From an uncultured Thermoleophilia bacterium (GTDB lineage: Bacteria > Actinomycetota > Thermoleophilia > UBA2241), in contig CAWCSR010000003.1 in assembly GCA_963798285.1 (NCBI GenBank), positions 400,905 to 464,904 of the forward strand: a stretch of 64,000 nt of DNA, in the 5' to 3' direction. Below are positions 36,620-46,896 of this stretch, piece by piece (the first letter of the stretch is position 1; every line of letters starts with the position of its first letter). The position numbers and the translations under genes are program-made. The notes beneath the pieces are model-generated. The model searched no databases and was not told where the DNA came from. It saw only the letters and a list, made by a program, of their open reading frames with translations.

Positions 36620-37105
36620 GTGCGCAACGACGCCACCAGACAACGAGTGTTCCTCACCTTCGCCGCCGGCGACCTGGCCCGGGCGCGCCCCGTCACGGCC
36701 CGACTCGTGACCGGAGGCGGCATCGCCCTCGACCAGGCGCTGAGCAGCGAACCCTTCGCCTCGGACCGCGGTGACATCGTCCGCGCCAGCCTTCTGACCC
36801 GGCTGCGCCACTGCACCAGCGCCCTCTGCCTCTACGGGGCGCGGACCACGGAAGACGACTGGGTGCGCTGGGCGCTCGACGCGGCCGCCGAGCTCAAGCT
36901 CCCACTGCTCGGCGCGGCCCTGCCCGGTGAGAGCGCGCGGGACACCGAGCGCTACCTCACGCGACTCGGCGCGGAGCTCGTGCCGCTCAGCCGTGACGCC
37001 ATTCTCGCGCGAACGAGGTCCTTCCCGCCGCGGCATCGCAGGCCTCCGCTCGACGCCGCCTCCCTCGCCGAGACGCTCTACCTCATGCGTCACCCCCTGC
37101 GTTAG
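36620..37105 (+). CDS. TIR-like domain protein (MTH538/DUF1863, ThsB-like)
   Basis: GTG at 36620. RVFLTFAAGDL…IVRASLLTRLRHCTSALCLYGARTTEDDWVRWALDAAAELKLPLLGAAL matches the layout of DUF1863 TIR-like domains as I remember it. Confidence 0.5.
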   Translation: MRNDATRQRVFLTFAAGDLARARPVTARLVTGGGIALDQALSSEPFASDRGDIVRASLLTRLRHCTSALCLYGARTTEDDWVRWALDAAAELKLPLLGAALPGESARDTERYLTRLGAELVPLSRDAILARTRSFPPRHRRPPLDAASLAETLYLMRHPLR

Positions 37106-37117
37106 CAGAAGGCGCGC

Positions 37118-37945
37118 GTGCAGCCGCGTCCGGTCATCATCACCGCCGCGCTGACGGGCTCCCGGATCACCAAGGACCAGACTCCGTACATCCCCATCAC
37201 CCCGGACGAGATCGTCGCGGAGGGCATCGCGGCGTGGAAGGCCGGCGCCGCCGTCGTGCACATCCACGTGCGCGACGCCGCCACCGGCCGGGGCGCTCAA
37301 GACATGGAGGCCTTCCGCGAAGTGACCACCGTGCTCCGCGCGGAGACCGACGTCGTCCTCTGCCTCACCACCAGCGGCATCCCGGGAAGGAACCTGCCGA
37401 CGGCCGAGCGCATCGCGCCGCTGGCGCTCCGGCCGGAGATGGCGAGCTTCGACGCCGGCACCATCCAGATGGACGCCGGCCTCTTCGTCAACGCGCCCGA
37501 GTTCCTCGACGCGCTCGCCGCCGAGGCGCTGCGGCGCGGCGTCAAGCTCGAGCTGGAGTGCTTCGACCTCGGCATGGTCGAGACGGCGCTCCGGTACCAC
37601 GCCGAGGGCAGGATCCCGGCACCCCTGCACTTCCAGTTCGTGACCGGCACGCGGTACGGCATGCCGGCCAACGCGGCGGCGCTGGTCGAGGCGGCCGGCA
37701 TGCTGCCGGCGGACGCCACCTGGTCGGTGATCGGTGTGGGGCGCGCACAGACGCCCATGGCGATGCTGGCGCTGGCCATGGGAGGGCACGTGCGCGTGGG
37801 CCTCGAGGACGCCATCTACTACCGGCGCGGAGAGCTCGCGACCGGCAACGCCCAGCTCGTCGAGCGAGTGGTCCGGCTGGCCGGCGAGCTGGGCCGTCCG
37901 GTGGCGACGCCGCAGCAGGCTCGGGAGATCCTGGGACTGGCATAG
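37118..37945 (+). CDS. BKACE-family (3-keto-5-aminohexanoate cleavage enzyme-like, DUF849) protein
   Basis: PVIITAALTGSRITKDQTPYIPITPDEIVAEGIAAWKAGAAVVHIHVRD…FDAG…LELECFD…G.HVRVGLED. Confidence 0.8.
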   Translation: MQPRPVIITAALTGSRITKDQTPYIPITPDEIVAEGIAAWKAGAAVVHIHVRDAATGRGAQDMEAFREVTTVLRAETDVVLCLTTSGIPGRNLPTAERIAPLALRPEMASFDAGTIQMDAGLFVNAPEFLDALAAEALRRGVKLELECFDLGMVETALRYHAEGRIPAPLHFQFVTGTRYGMPANAAALVEAAGMLPADATWSVIGVGRAQTPMAMLALAMGGHVRVGLEDAIYYRRGELATGNAQLVERVVRLAGELGRPVATPQQAREILGLA

Positions 37946-38020
37946 CGCCGGTCACGCCGGCGCCCGCGCCCGCTCCGGTCGACCCGCGGACGCGCCGTCA
38001 CGCCAGCCCGGACTGCCGGC

Positions 38021-39400
38021 TCAGGCCCGCGCCAGCTCGTCGGCGACGGCCAGGACGCCGTCCAGCAACTCCAGACCCTCCTGCACCTCGTCGCGCCCGA
38101 TGATCAGCGGCGGCGCGACGATCAGCAGGTTCCCGTGCGGGTAGAGATGGAGGCCGCGGTCCATAGCGGCCCTCCTGAGGGCCGCCATCGGCTGCGCGGC
38201 CTCCCCCGTCGCCGCGTAGGGCACCAGCGGTTCCCGCGTTTCGCGGTCGCGCACGAGCTCGAGACCCCACAGCAGGCCGAGGCCGCGGGCCTCACCGACG
38301 GAGGGATGGTCGTCGGCAAGCTCTCTCAGGCCGACACCAAGCACTTCGCCCATCGCCGCCGCGTTCTCCACCAGCCGCTCGTCGCGTATCGCCTCGATGG
38401 TCGCGACGCCGGCCGCGCACGCGAGCGGGTGGCCGCACGCGGTGAGCCCGCTCGCGAACTCGTGCTCGTCCAGCCAGGTGCGCAGTTTCTCGCTCACGAC
38501 CATGGCGCCGAGGGGCACGGCGCCGCCGCTGATGCCCTTGGCCAGCGTCATGATGTCCGGGGTGACGCCCCAGTGCTCGCAGGCAAACCAGCGGCCGGTG
38601 CGGCCGAACCCGGTCATCACCTCGTCCAGGATGAGCAGGATGCCGTGACGGTCGCAGACCTCGCGGATGGTAGTGAGGTAGCCGGGCGGCGGGACCAGCA
38701 CGCCGTTGGCGCCGGTGACCGTCTCCAGGATCACGGCGGCGACCGACCCGGGGTCCTCGTACCGCAGGATCTCCTCGAGATGCGGGCCGCCGGCGGCGAT
38801 GGAACAGTCGTCGGCATGGCCCCCGGCGTGGTCGAACGCGTGGGCGCTGAACGCGTCGTAGGCGTGCCCCGCGGGACACCGGTACGGGTACGGATCGAGC
38901 ATGTGCACGACGCCGGGCACGGCCGGCTCGGCGGGCCAGCGCCGCCGATCGCCGGTGAGCGCCGCGGCGCCCGCGGTCGCGCCGTGGTAGCTGCGGTAGC
39001 GGGCGATGACCTTCTGGCGCCCGGTGACCCAGCGCGCCAGCTTGACGGCGTTCTCGTTGGCGTCGGCGCCGCCGGTCGTGAACAGGGTCAGGCCGAGGTC
39101 GCCCGGCGTGACCTCGGCCAGCAGCCGGGCCAGCTCGGTCCGCGGCTCGCTGGCGAAGGAGGGCGCCAGGCCGTACAGCGTCTCCGCCTGGCGCCGCACC
39201 GCCTCGACCAGCCGCGGGTGCCCGTGCCCGAGATTCAGGTTGACCACCTGCGAGGCGAAGTCCAGATACTGCCGGCCCTCGGCGTCGCGGAAGCGGCAGC
39301 CTTCGCCGCCCACGATGCGCAGCGGCTCCACCGCGCCCTGCGCGCTCCATGAGTAGATGACGTGCTCGTGCTCCACGCCGTCGACTTTATCCCGTCGCAC
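38021..39400 (-). CDS. Class III (omega) PLP-dependent aminotransferase
   Basis: …LNLGHGHPRLVEAV…FTTGGADANENAVKLAR…YHGAT…LILDEVMTGFGRTGRWFACEHWGVTPDIMTLAKGISGG…. Only the C-terminal 459 codons of the 779-aa ORF are credible. The start is uncertain (GTG 39400 or a GTG 24 nt downstream). Confidence 0.85.
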   Translation of the reverse strand: MRRDKVDGVEHEHVIYSWSAQGAVEPLRIVGGEGCRFRDAEGRQYLDFASQVVNLNLGHGHPRLVEAVRRQAETLYGLAPSFASEPRTELARLLAEVTPGDLGLTLFTTGGADANENAVKLARWVTGRQKVIARYRSYHGATAGAAALTGDRRRWPAEPAVPGVVHMLDPYPYRCPAGHAYDAFSAHAFDHAGGHADDCSIAAGGPHLEEILRYEDPGSVAAVILETVTGANGVLVPPPGYLTTIREVCDRHGILLILDEVMTGFGRTGRWFACEHWGVTPDIMTLAKGISGGAVPLGAMVVSEKLRTWLDEHEFASGLTACGHPLACAAGVATIEAIRDERLVENAAAMGEVLGVGLRELADDHPSVGEARGLGLLWGLELVRDRETREPLVPYAATGEAAQPMAALRRAAMDRGLHLYPHGNLLIVAPPLIIGRDEVQEGLELLDGVLAVADELARA

Positions 39401-39535
39401 TGCCGGCTGCACGGCGCACGGACGAAAACGGCACGCTCGCGTGGAGCCGCCCGACCAGGAGGCCCGGGACTCGCCGTGCTCGTTTCGGCCCCAGCGGGTA
39501 CAGTTGGCGTCGACCCACAGTTCGGAGGAGACCGC

Positions 39536-40591
39536 GTGCCCGACCCCACCCAGACGAGCGCCCCCGCCGAGCAGGAGGACGCCGAGCTCGCCGGATTCAT
39601 CCGCCGCCTGCCCAAGGCGGAGCTCCACCTGCACATCGAGGGCACTCTCGAGCCCGAACTGCTGCTCGAACTCGGCCGCCGCAACGGCGTGGATCTGCCG
39701 TGCTCTTCGGCGGAAGAGTGTCGCGCGCAGTATCGCTTCAGCGACCTGCAGGCGTTTCTCGACACCTACTACGAGGGCGTCACTGTCCTCGTCAGAGAGC
39801 GGGACTTCTACGACCTGACCGCCGCCTACGTGCGCCGCGTGGCGGCGGACGGCGCCCGGCACGTGGAGGTGTTCTTCGACCCGCAGAGCCACGTATCCAG
39901 GGGAGTTCCTTTCGCAGATGCAGCAGGCGGCATCACGCGGGCGCTTCGCGACGGCGAGACGAAGCTCGGCGTGAGCTGGAGGCTCATCATGTGCTTCCTG
40001 CGCGACAGGCCGGCCGCCGAGGCGATGGACATGCTGGAGCTCGCGATGTCCCACCGCGACGAGATCGTCGGGGTGGGGATCGACTCGGCCGAGATCGGGC
40101 ACCCGCCGGCCGAGTTCGCCGGGGTGTACGAACGAGCGCGTGCGGCGGGCTTCATCCCCGTCGCGCACGCCGGCGAGGAGGGCCCGCCCCAGAACATCAG
40201 CGACGCGCTGGATCTGCTCAAGGTGCGGCGCATCGACCACGGGGTCGCCGCGATCCGCGATCCGGCACTGCAGCGGCGCCTCGCCGAGGAGCAGGTGCCG
40301 CTCACGATGTGCCCGCTCAGCAACCTCGAGCTGAAGGTGACGCCCGACCTCGCCCAGCACCCTCTCAAGAAGCTCCTCGACGCGGGTCTGCTGGTGACGG
40401 TGAACTCCGACGACCCGGCCTACTTCGGCGGCTACCTGCTCGCCAACTACCTCGCGGTGCAGAAGGCGCTGGGCCTGAGCCGTGCCGACCTGGCCCAGCT
40501 GGCGCGGAACTCGATCACCGCGTCCTTGCTGCCCGCCGCCCGCAAGGCCGAGCTCATCACCGAGATCGACCAGGTGGCGGCCGGAAGCTGA
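39536..40591 (+). CDS. Adenosine/adenine deaminase-family metallo-hydrolase
   Basis: GTG after GGAGGAG. LPKAELHLHIEGTLEPELLLEL, HAGEEGPP, RIDHGV and TVNSDDPAYFGG motifs. Confidence 0.85.
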   Translation: MPDPTQTSAPAEQEDAELAGFIRRLPKAELHLHIEGTLEPELLLELGRRNGVDLPCSSAEECRAQYRFSDLQAFLDTYYEGVTVLVRERDFYDLTAAYVRRVAADGARHVEVFFDPQSHVSRGVPFADAAGGITRALRDGETKLGVSWRLIMCFLRDRPAAEAMDMLELAMSHRDEIVGVGIDSAEIGHPPAEFAGVYERARAAGFIPVAHAGEEGPPQNISDALDLLKVRRIDHGVAAIRDPALQRRLAEEQVPLTMCPLSNLELKVTPDLAQHPLKKLLDAGLLVTVNSDDPAYFGGYLLANYLAVQKALGLSRADLAQLARNSITASLLPAARKAELITEIDQVAAGS

Positions 40592-40600
40592 GGGCGGCTC

Positions 40601-41380
40601 TCAGGCGGTCGCGCCGCCGTCCACGACCATCGTGCGGCCGGTGACGAAGCTGCCGTCGTCGCTGGCGAGGAAGGCGACGGCCGCGGCGAGCTCCTCCGGC
40701 CGGCCGATCCGCCTGAGCGGGTACTCGTCCTCCATCCCCTCGGCGTAGGCGACGGGGTCGGGCGCCGCGGCGATGGCGTTCGCGAGCATCGGCGTGTCGA
40801 AGACCGCCGGGCTGACGCTGCACACGCGGATGCCGTCCGGCCCGTGGTCGATGGCCAGCGCGCGGGTCATCATCACGACGCCGGCCTTGGCGGCCGAGTA
40901 CACGGCCGCGCCCGGTTCGCCGTGGATACCCGAGTCGCTCGCCAGGTTGACGATGACTCCGGCGTGGCGCGGCGCCATGTGCCGCAGCGCCGCCTTGCAC
41001 ATGAAGTAGGTGCCCTTGAGGCAGGTACCGACGCACCACTCCCAGTCGGCCTCGCTGGTCTCGAGGATCGACTTCTCCAGCCACACGCCGGCCGAGTTGA
41101 CGAGGATGTCCAGGCGCCCATGCCGGGCGACCGTCTCGGCGACCAGACGATCACAGTCGGCCACCGAGCTCACGTCCCCGAGCACCACCGAGTGCTCGCT
41201 CGCGTGGCCGTTGGCGCGCGCTCTCGCGGTCGCCTGCTCGGCGACCACCGCCGCCTTCGCCGAGTCGCGGCCGCCGACCGCCACCGACACTCCCTCTTCC
41301 GCCAGCCGATGGACGATCGCCGCGCCGAGGCCGGATGAACCACCCGTGACCAAGGCGATCTTGTATGCCAATCCGCGCAT
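40601..41380 (-). CDS. Short-chain dehydrogenase/reductase (SDR)
   Basis: ATG at 41380 after GGAGAGGAG. TGGSSGLGAAI, NSAG, YSAAKAG catalytic Y-x3-K, and C-terminal VDGG. Confidence 0.9.
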   Translation of the reverse strand: MRGLAYKIALVTGGSSGLGAAIVHRLAEEGVSVAVGGRDSAKAAVVAEQATARARANGHASEHSVVLGDVSSVADCDRLVAETVARHGRLDILVNSAGVWLEKSILETSEADWEWCVGTCLKGTYFMCKAALRHMAPRHAGVIVNLASDSGIHGEPGAAVYSAAKAGVVMMTRALAIDHGPDGIRVCSVSPAVFDTPMLANAIAAAPDPVAYAEGMEDEYPLRRIGRPEELAAAVAFLASDDGSFVTGRTMVVDGGATA

Positions 41381-41457
41381 CACCGTCTCCTCTCCGCTGC
41401 GCTGTAGCCGCCGCCGACCGGCAGAAGCACGCCGGCGGTGAAGCTCGTCTTCGTCGG

Positions 41458-42169
41458 TCAGCCGCCGGAGAAGCGAGCGCGGAAGCGCTCGGCCGCCCTC
41501 GGCGTGAGCGGCCGCCCGTGCGAGAAGAGCGCCGTCTCGAACTGCAGGTCCGCGAGCCGGCGCAGGCTGCGCTCGCCCTCGTCGACCTCTTCGTAGATGG
41601 GGCCGACGCCGAGGCGCGCCAGGTTGGTGGCGGCGTCGCCGACGAGGAGCACGCCGCCGTCCCGCGGCAGCAACAGCGAGATGTGCCCCGCGGTGTGTCC
41701 CGGCGTGCCGACGACGGTCGCGCCGAACGGCAGCACCTCGCCGTCCGTCACGTCGTGTTCCACGGCGATGGGCTCTCCGGTGGCTCGTCGCTGTCCGACC
41801 AGCTATCACGCGCACGATCAGCGATCGCACGGCGCCCGGACCGGGCTCGAGCGCCCGGCCGCGCACGCCCTCACGCAGCGCCGCGGCGTCCTCGGCCTGC
41901 ATCCAGACCTCGGCGCCGGTGTGCTCCTTGACTGCGGCGAGCCCGCCTACGTGGTCGCCGTGCAGATGCGTGATGACGACCCCGCGGAGCTCCCGCGGCG
42001 TGCGCCCGAGCGCCCTGATGCCGCCGCCGATGCGCTCCGCGCCCGCGTCCGTGCCGGTGTCGACGAGCCAGAGCCCGCCCTCGTCGTCCTCCACGAAGAA
42101 CACGTTCACGAATCCCAATCCGAGCCGGTACACGCCGCTCGCCACCTGCTTCGGCATCGCCGGTCTCAT
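41458..42169 (-). pseudogene. MBL-fold metallo-hydrolase with one frameshift near 41785-41810
   Basis: The N-terminal part reads …VFFVEDDEGGLWLVDTG…VVITHLHGDHVGGL (HxHxDH). A second frame continues VEHDVTDGEVLPFGATVVGTPGHTAGHISLL…FSHG…. Confidence 0.75.
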
Positions 42170-42429
42170 CGTCGCTCCCTTCGCCCGGACCACTGTGAGG
42201 CTCAAGTATGCCACCCGCGCTGCCGATTTGGTCGTACCACCCCCGCCACAGCCGGCATGGAGGACGCACCACCGGGCGGCGAGCATCGCCGAGACGGCGG
42301 CCCAGGACCGGCGGAGCTGCAGAACGCCGCCGCCGGGCTGATCCGTGCTGCGTGCAGGAGGCGTGTCTACGGCGGGGAACAGGCACGGTAGCGCTACCGA
42401 GAACACGTATGGCCATCCGAGGAGGTCCG

Positions 42430-43173
42430 ATGTACAGCTACAACTACGGAGGGGGCGGGGCGGCCGTCTTCTTCACCTTGATCTGGATCGCGTTCGCGGT
42501 CCTCATCATCGTCGGCTTGTGGAAGACCCTCACCAAAGCCGGACTGCCGGGCTGGGCGGCGATCATCCCGTTCTACAACGAGTACAACGTCGTGAAGATG
42601 TCGAACCGTCCCTTGTACTTCTTCTGGATCATCCTGGCGTGCAGCCTGTTCTCGTGGATCCCCCTGCTCGGGTTCATCCTCGTCATCGGTGCCTTCGTAC
42701 TCTGGGTCTTCATCGCCCTGGACATCGCCGCCAACTTCGGACAGGGCACCGGCTTCGCGATCCTTCTGATCATCTTCCCGTGGATCATGTTCCTCATCCT
42801 GGGGTTCGGAAGCGCGACGTTCAATCGCGTCGCCGCCCCCGGCTCCGCCGGCTTCGGCTCGCCGCCCCCGGTCGGCGGCAGCTACGGCGCCGCTCCTCCG
42901 CCGCCGCCCACGAGCAGCTACGCAGTGCCGCCGGCGCCTCCCGCGCCGCCGGCCGCACCGGTCACCCCTCCTCAGACGGCTGCACCCGCGACTCCCGTGA
43001 CGCCGCCGGTCACGCCGTCCGAAGCCGCACCGGCGGATTCCCCCGGCGCCGCAGAACCCGCCCAGGCCGAAGCCGCAGACGCCGCCCAAGCGGCCGCGCC
43101 GGAGCCGCCGGTCACTCCGCCGGAGGCTCCGTCGGCGCCGACCAACCCGCCGGTGCCTCCGCCGCTCGGCTGA
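42430..43173 (+). CDS. DUF5684-like small multi-TM protein with long Pro/Ala-rich C-terminal tail
   Basis: ATG after GAGGAGG. WKTLTKAGLPGWAAIIPFYNEYNVVKM… then about 110 aa of PPxP/AP repeats. Confidence 0.5.
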   Translation: MYSYNYGGGGAAVFFTLIWIAFAVLIIVGLWKTLTKAGLPGWAAIIPFYNEYNVVKMSNRPLYFFWIILACSLFSWIPLLGFILVIGAFVLWVFIALDIAANFGQGTGFAILLIIFPWIMFLILGFGSATFNRVAAPGSAGFGSPPPVGGSYGAAPPPPPTSSYAVPPAPPAPPAAPVTPPQTAAPATPVTPPVTPSEAAPADSPGAAEPAQAEAADAAQAAAPEPPVTPPEAPSAPTNPPVPPPLG

Positions 43174-43196
43174 GCCGGCTCGGCCGCGCACGACCC

Positions 43197-43233
43197 GGAC
43201 GGGCCGGGGCTGCATCGCAGCCCCGGCCCGTCC
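43197..43233 (+). terminator. Perfect 17-bp stem with 3-nt loop followed by TTCGT
   Basis: ggacgggccggggctgc-atc-gcagccccggcccgtcc, 24 nt after the stop at 43173. Confidence 0.7.
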
Positions 43234-43378
43234 TTCGTACGCAGCCCTCGACCGACCTGCGGCGGCGCTCTACGGCCACGCGTTTTTGGCCCTGCCGCCC
43301 CGGGGAGGCAAAGCTGTAGCGGGCTGAATCACTCCGGCCTTCGCCACCGGCGGGCCGCGGCTGAAGGGAAATCACATC

Positions 43379-45654
43379 ATGCGACTCTCGACCACCACGC
43401 TGGCGCGCAGCTCCGCAAGGCGACCGTTGCTGACGGCGGGCATCTGGGCGGCCGTCCTCGTAGCCGCGGCTGCCGTCATCGTCTTCGTGCTCCCCGGCAC
43501 CCTGACGGCGCAGTACACCTTTCTGGGCAATCCGGACTCGCAGCAAGGGCGGAACCTCCTGCAGCAGCGCATGGACATGCCGCTGAAGGCCAACGAGGTC
43601 GTGATCGTGCGCTCCGCGGACGACCGAGCGCGAGCAGCCCGGCCTTCCGGGCCGAGGTGCTCGGGCTGCAGCAGCGGATCGCCGCCCTGGGCCCGGGCGT
43701 CGTGGACAGCGCGCTCAGCGCCTACCGGGGCGGCAACAGCTCGCTCATCTCCGCCGACGGCCACACGGCCATCATCCCGGTCGTGATGGCCGGCGGCCTC
43801 ACCCAGGCAGAGAACAACATCGACAAGGTGCACGCCGTCGTCGACGCGGCCAACGGCAAGGCCGGCTTCAACACCCTCACCACCGGCACCGCCAGCATCA
43901 ACAGCGACTTCAGCCACATGGCGCAGACCGACCTGCGCAAGGGCGAGGCCATCGGCGTGCCGATCGCCCTGATCATCCTGCTGCTGGTGTTCGGCGCCGT
44001 GGTGGCCGCCGGCCTGCCGATCCTGCTCGGCCTGCTCGCCATCACCCTGGCGGTCGGCCTCACCGCCCTGGTCGGCCAGACGTTCAGCGTCTCGGTGTTC
44101 GCCATCAACATGATCAGCATGATGGGCCTGGCGACCGGCATCGACTATTCGCTGTTCATCATCTCGCGCTTCCGGGAGGAGAGAGCGCGCGGTCGCGACA
44201 AGCTCGACGCGATCGCCGTCGCCGGCGGCACGGCCAGCCGCGCGGTGCTGTTCAGCGGCCTGACCGTCGTGCTCGCGCTGCTGGGTCTGCTCATGGTGCC
44301 GATGAACATCTTCGCGAGCCTCGCGATCGGCGCCATCCTCGTGGTCAGTATGTCCGTGCTGGCCGCGCTGACGCTGCTGCCGGCCGTGCTCGGCCTGCTC
44401 GGCGACCGGGTCAACAGCCTGAAGCTGCCGTATCTCGGCCGCCGGATCATCGACAGCCGCGCGGCCGGACACACCTCGTGGATCGCACGCGTGGCTTACC
44501 GGGCCATGAAACGGCCGGCCGTCGCGCTGATCGTCGGCGTCACCGTCCTGCTGGTGCTCGCCTCCCCCGCCCTCGACATGAAGACCGGGGTCTCGGGCGT
44601 CAACTCGCTCCCCGACAGCTTCCAGAGCAAGCAGGGGTTCGCCGTGCTCGAGAAGCAGTTCTCGTCCGGCATCGTGAGCCCCGTGCAGATCGTCGTCGAC
44701 GGCAATGTGACCGCGCCGGCCGTCAAGACGGCGATGACACGGCTCAGCCGGGAGATCGCGAGCGACCCCGCGTTCGGACCCGTCCGGCTGCAGACGGACA
44801 AAGCGGGCAACCTCGCGCTCCTCTCCGTGCCGGTCAACGGTGATCCCGCCGGCAGCTTCGCCCTGAACACGGTGCGCGAGCTGCGCGCCACGCTCATCCC
44901 CACGGCCTTCGCCGGCTCGGGAGCGTCCGTTTACGTCACCGGCCAGACCGCGGCCAATCTCGACTACATCAACATCGTGAACAGCTACTTCCCCTGGGTC
45001 GTGGCCCTCGTCCTCAGCCTCAGCTTCGTGCTGCTTCTGCTCGCCTTCCGTTCGGTCGTCATCCCGCTCAAGGCGATCCTCATGAACCTGCTCAGCGTGG
45101 GCGCGGCCTACGGCCTCATCACGCTGGTCTCGCTCAAGGGATGGGGCGCGAGCCTGTTCGGCTTCCAGAAGGTGCCGGTGGTGGAGCAGTGGGTGCCGCT
45201 GCTGCTGTTCGCCGTGCTCTTCGGCCTGTCCATGGACTACCAGGTCTTTCTGCTGAGTCGCATCAAAGAGGCCTGGGACAGGACCGGAGACAACACTCTC
45301 GCCGTGACCGAGGGCATCGGCGCGACCGCCGGCATCATCACAGGAGCTGCGCTGATCATGGTCGCCGTGTTCGCCGGCGTCGCGTCCGGCCAGCTGGTGA
45401 TGTTCCAGCAGATAGGCTTCGGCCTCGCGGTCGCCGTCTTCCTCGACGCGACGCTGATCCGCACGATCCTGGTGCCGTCGGCGATGAAGCTGCTCGGCCG
45501 CTGGAACTGGTACCTGCCGAGCTGGCTCGAGTGGCTGCCGCACCTGAGCATCGAAGGCGCCCCGGCGCCGCTGCCCGCAGCAGACCGTCCCGGGCCCGAA
45601 GCGCCGGGCGGCACGAACCTCGAGCCCATGCCCGCCGACGAGCGCGCGGCCTGA
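43379..45654 (+). pseudogene. MMPL/RND-superfamily membrane transporter with one frameshift near 43615-43650
   Basis: N-terminus reads MRLSTTTLARSSARRPLLTAGIWAAVLVAAAAVIVF…ANEVVIVRSADD. A second frame continues PAFRAEVLGLQQRIAAL…GIDYSLFIISRFREE… with a second 6-TM bundle (MDYQVFLLSRIKE). Confidence 0.8.
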
Positions 45655-45995
45655 GCCGCGGCCCGCGCGACGCCGTGCAAGGGCGGCGCTCGTCCAGCTG
45701 AGCTAGCGGCCCACGAGGGTGACAAGTATGGCGCGTGAGGTCAGGCAGGCCCGTCAGAGCCATCGAGTCACGGGGTCCGGGTTGCGAAATGGTTGCAGCG
45801 ACCGGTCTTCCTTCTCCTCGCCATCCAGCTCTGCCCCCCGGGCTTGTGGTGAGCATCACCTCGCTCCGTCGGGATGCCGCTCGCGCGTAGCCTTCACGCT
45901 CCCGGGTACCTTTTCGGACGCGTCTCCAGCGTCGTGGCCGGGCAGGCCGTTGCCGCCCACCGTTGAATCTCCCATCGCGAAGCGAGGACAGGATC

Positions 45996-46721
45996 GTGGC
46001 CTCAATCAACCGTTCGACCATTCCGGCCCTGCCAGTGGAGCCGACGCAAGACGCTGAAAGGATTGCGCCGAGTGCCGGGAAGGAAGGGCATGAGGCCCGC
46101 CGGCGGGACCGCTGGGGCGAGATCGCGCTCGTCGCCTATGTGATGGTGGCGGTAGGCATGACCGTGGCCTATCACCTCTTCGGGGTGCCCGGTCTGGACT
46201 TCTTCGCCTCCAGTCCGGACGTCGTGGCGCAGGGTCGCTGGTGGACGCTCATCACGAGCGGGCTTCTCATCACTCCGCCGCTGATGGCTCTGCAAGTGGT
46301 GGCGCTGCTAGTCCTGGGCTTCGTCGACATGCGACTCTGCGGTGCGCGGGTGTTCTGGACCGCCGCAGTCCTGGCGCACTTCCTGGGCACCGTACTCGTC
46401 TACTGCGCCGTGTGGCTCATCGGCGCGGCCGACCTCGCGAACGTGGCGGCCGCGTCGAGCGAGCCGGACTACGGGATATCGCTGGTATGGTTCGCCGGCA
46501 TCGGTGTGCTGGCCGCCGCCTTGGCCAGACGCGCCTGGTCCGCCGGCTCGAGGCCCGTGAACCGTGGCCTCCTTCTCGCTGCCGCTATGGCCATACCGCT
46601 TGGCGTGATCCGATTCGACGCGACGGCTCACTACGAGCATGTGCTTGCCCTGCTCCTCAGCGCGGCGGTCGTCCTGGTGCCGCGGCGAGGAGATCCGGCG
46701 ACGACCGTGTCGTTGCCGTGA
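45996..46721 (+). CDS. Rhomboid-like polytopic membrane protein (divergent, catalytic status unclear)
   Basis: GRWWTLITSGLL resembles the rhomboid QWWRLxTS block. The HxxxN is not evident and the GxSG region reads YGISLVWFAGIG. Confidence 0.35.
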   Translation: MASINRSTIPALPVEPTQDAERIAPSAGKEGHEARRRDRWGEIALVAYVMVAVGMTVAYHLFGVPGLDFFASSPDVVAQGRWWTLITSGLLITPPLMALQVVALLVLGFVDMRLCGARVFWTAAVLAHFLGTVLVYCAVWLIGAADLANVAAASSEPDYGISLVWFAGIGVLAAALARRAWSAGSRPVNRGLLLAAAMAIPLGVIRFDATAHYEHVLALLLSAAVVLVPRRGDPATTVSLP

Positions 46722-46896
46722 GTCCCGGATCGGGCAGGGACTGCGGACGGCGACCCAAGCGACCATGCGACCGAGGTCGACGGCGATCGTGCGGGTTGCA
46801 GGTCGGGTTGCAGATGGACGATCCCCGCGTCGCTTCGTCTCTCGCGTCTTGAGGGGAGGTTCGGGCCACCGGCGAGCCGTGCAAGCGCGCCGCGCG

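Noticed and set aside
39401-40360. N-terminal 320 codons of the 779-aa minus ORF (38021-40360)
   Set aside because: This part is antisense to the adenine/adenosine deaminase gene and has no family signal. The aminotransferase similarity begins only around codon 320 (VDGVEHEHVIYSWS…).
41381-42406. Single 601-aa minus ORF (40601-42406) suggesting an MBL-SDR fusion protein
   Set aside because: The SDR has its own SD/ATG at 41380. The stretch between the MBL N-terminal half and the SDR is Arg-rich nonsense, and the MBL C-terminal half is in another frame ending at 41458. These are therefore two genes, one of them frameshifted.
45740-45800. tRNA-like T-arm resemblance (ccgggttgcgaaatgg) in the long intergenic region
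   Set aside because: The match to GGTTCGAAT is imperfect. I could not build an acceptor stem, D-arm or anticodon arm around it.
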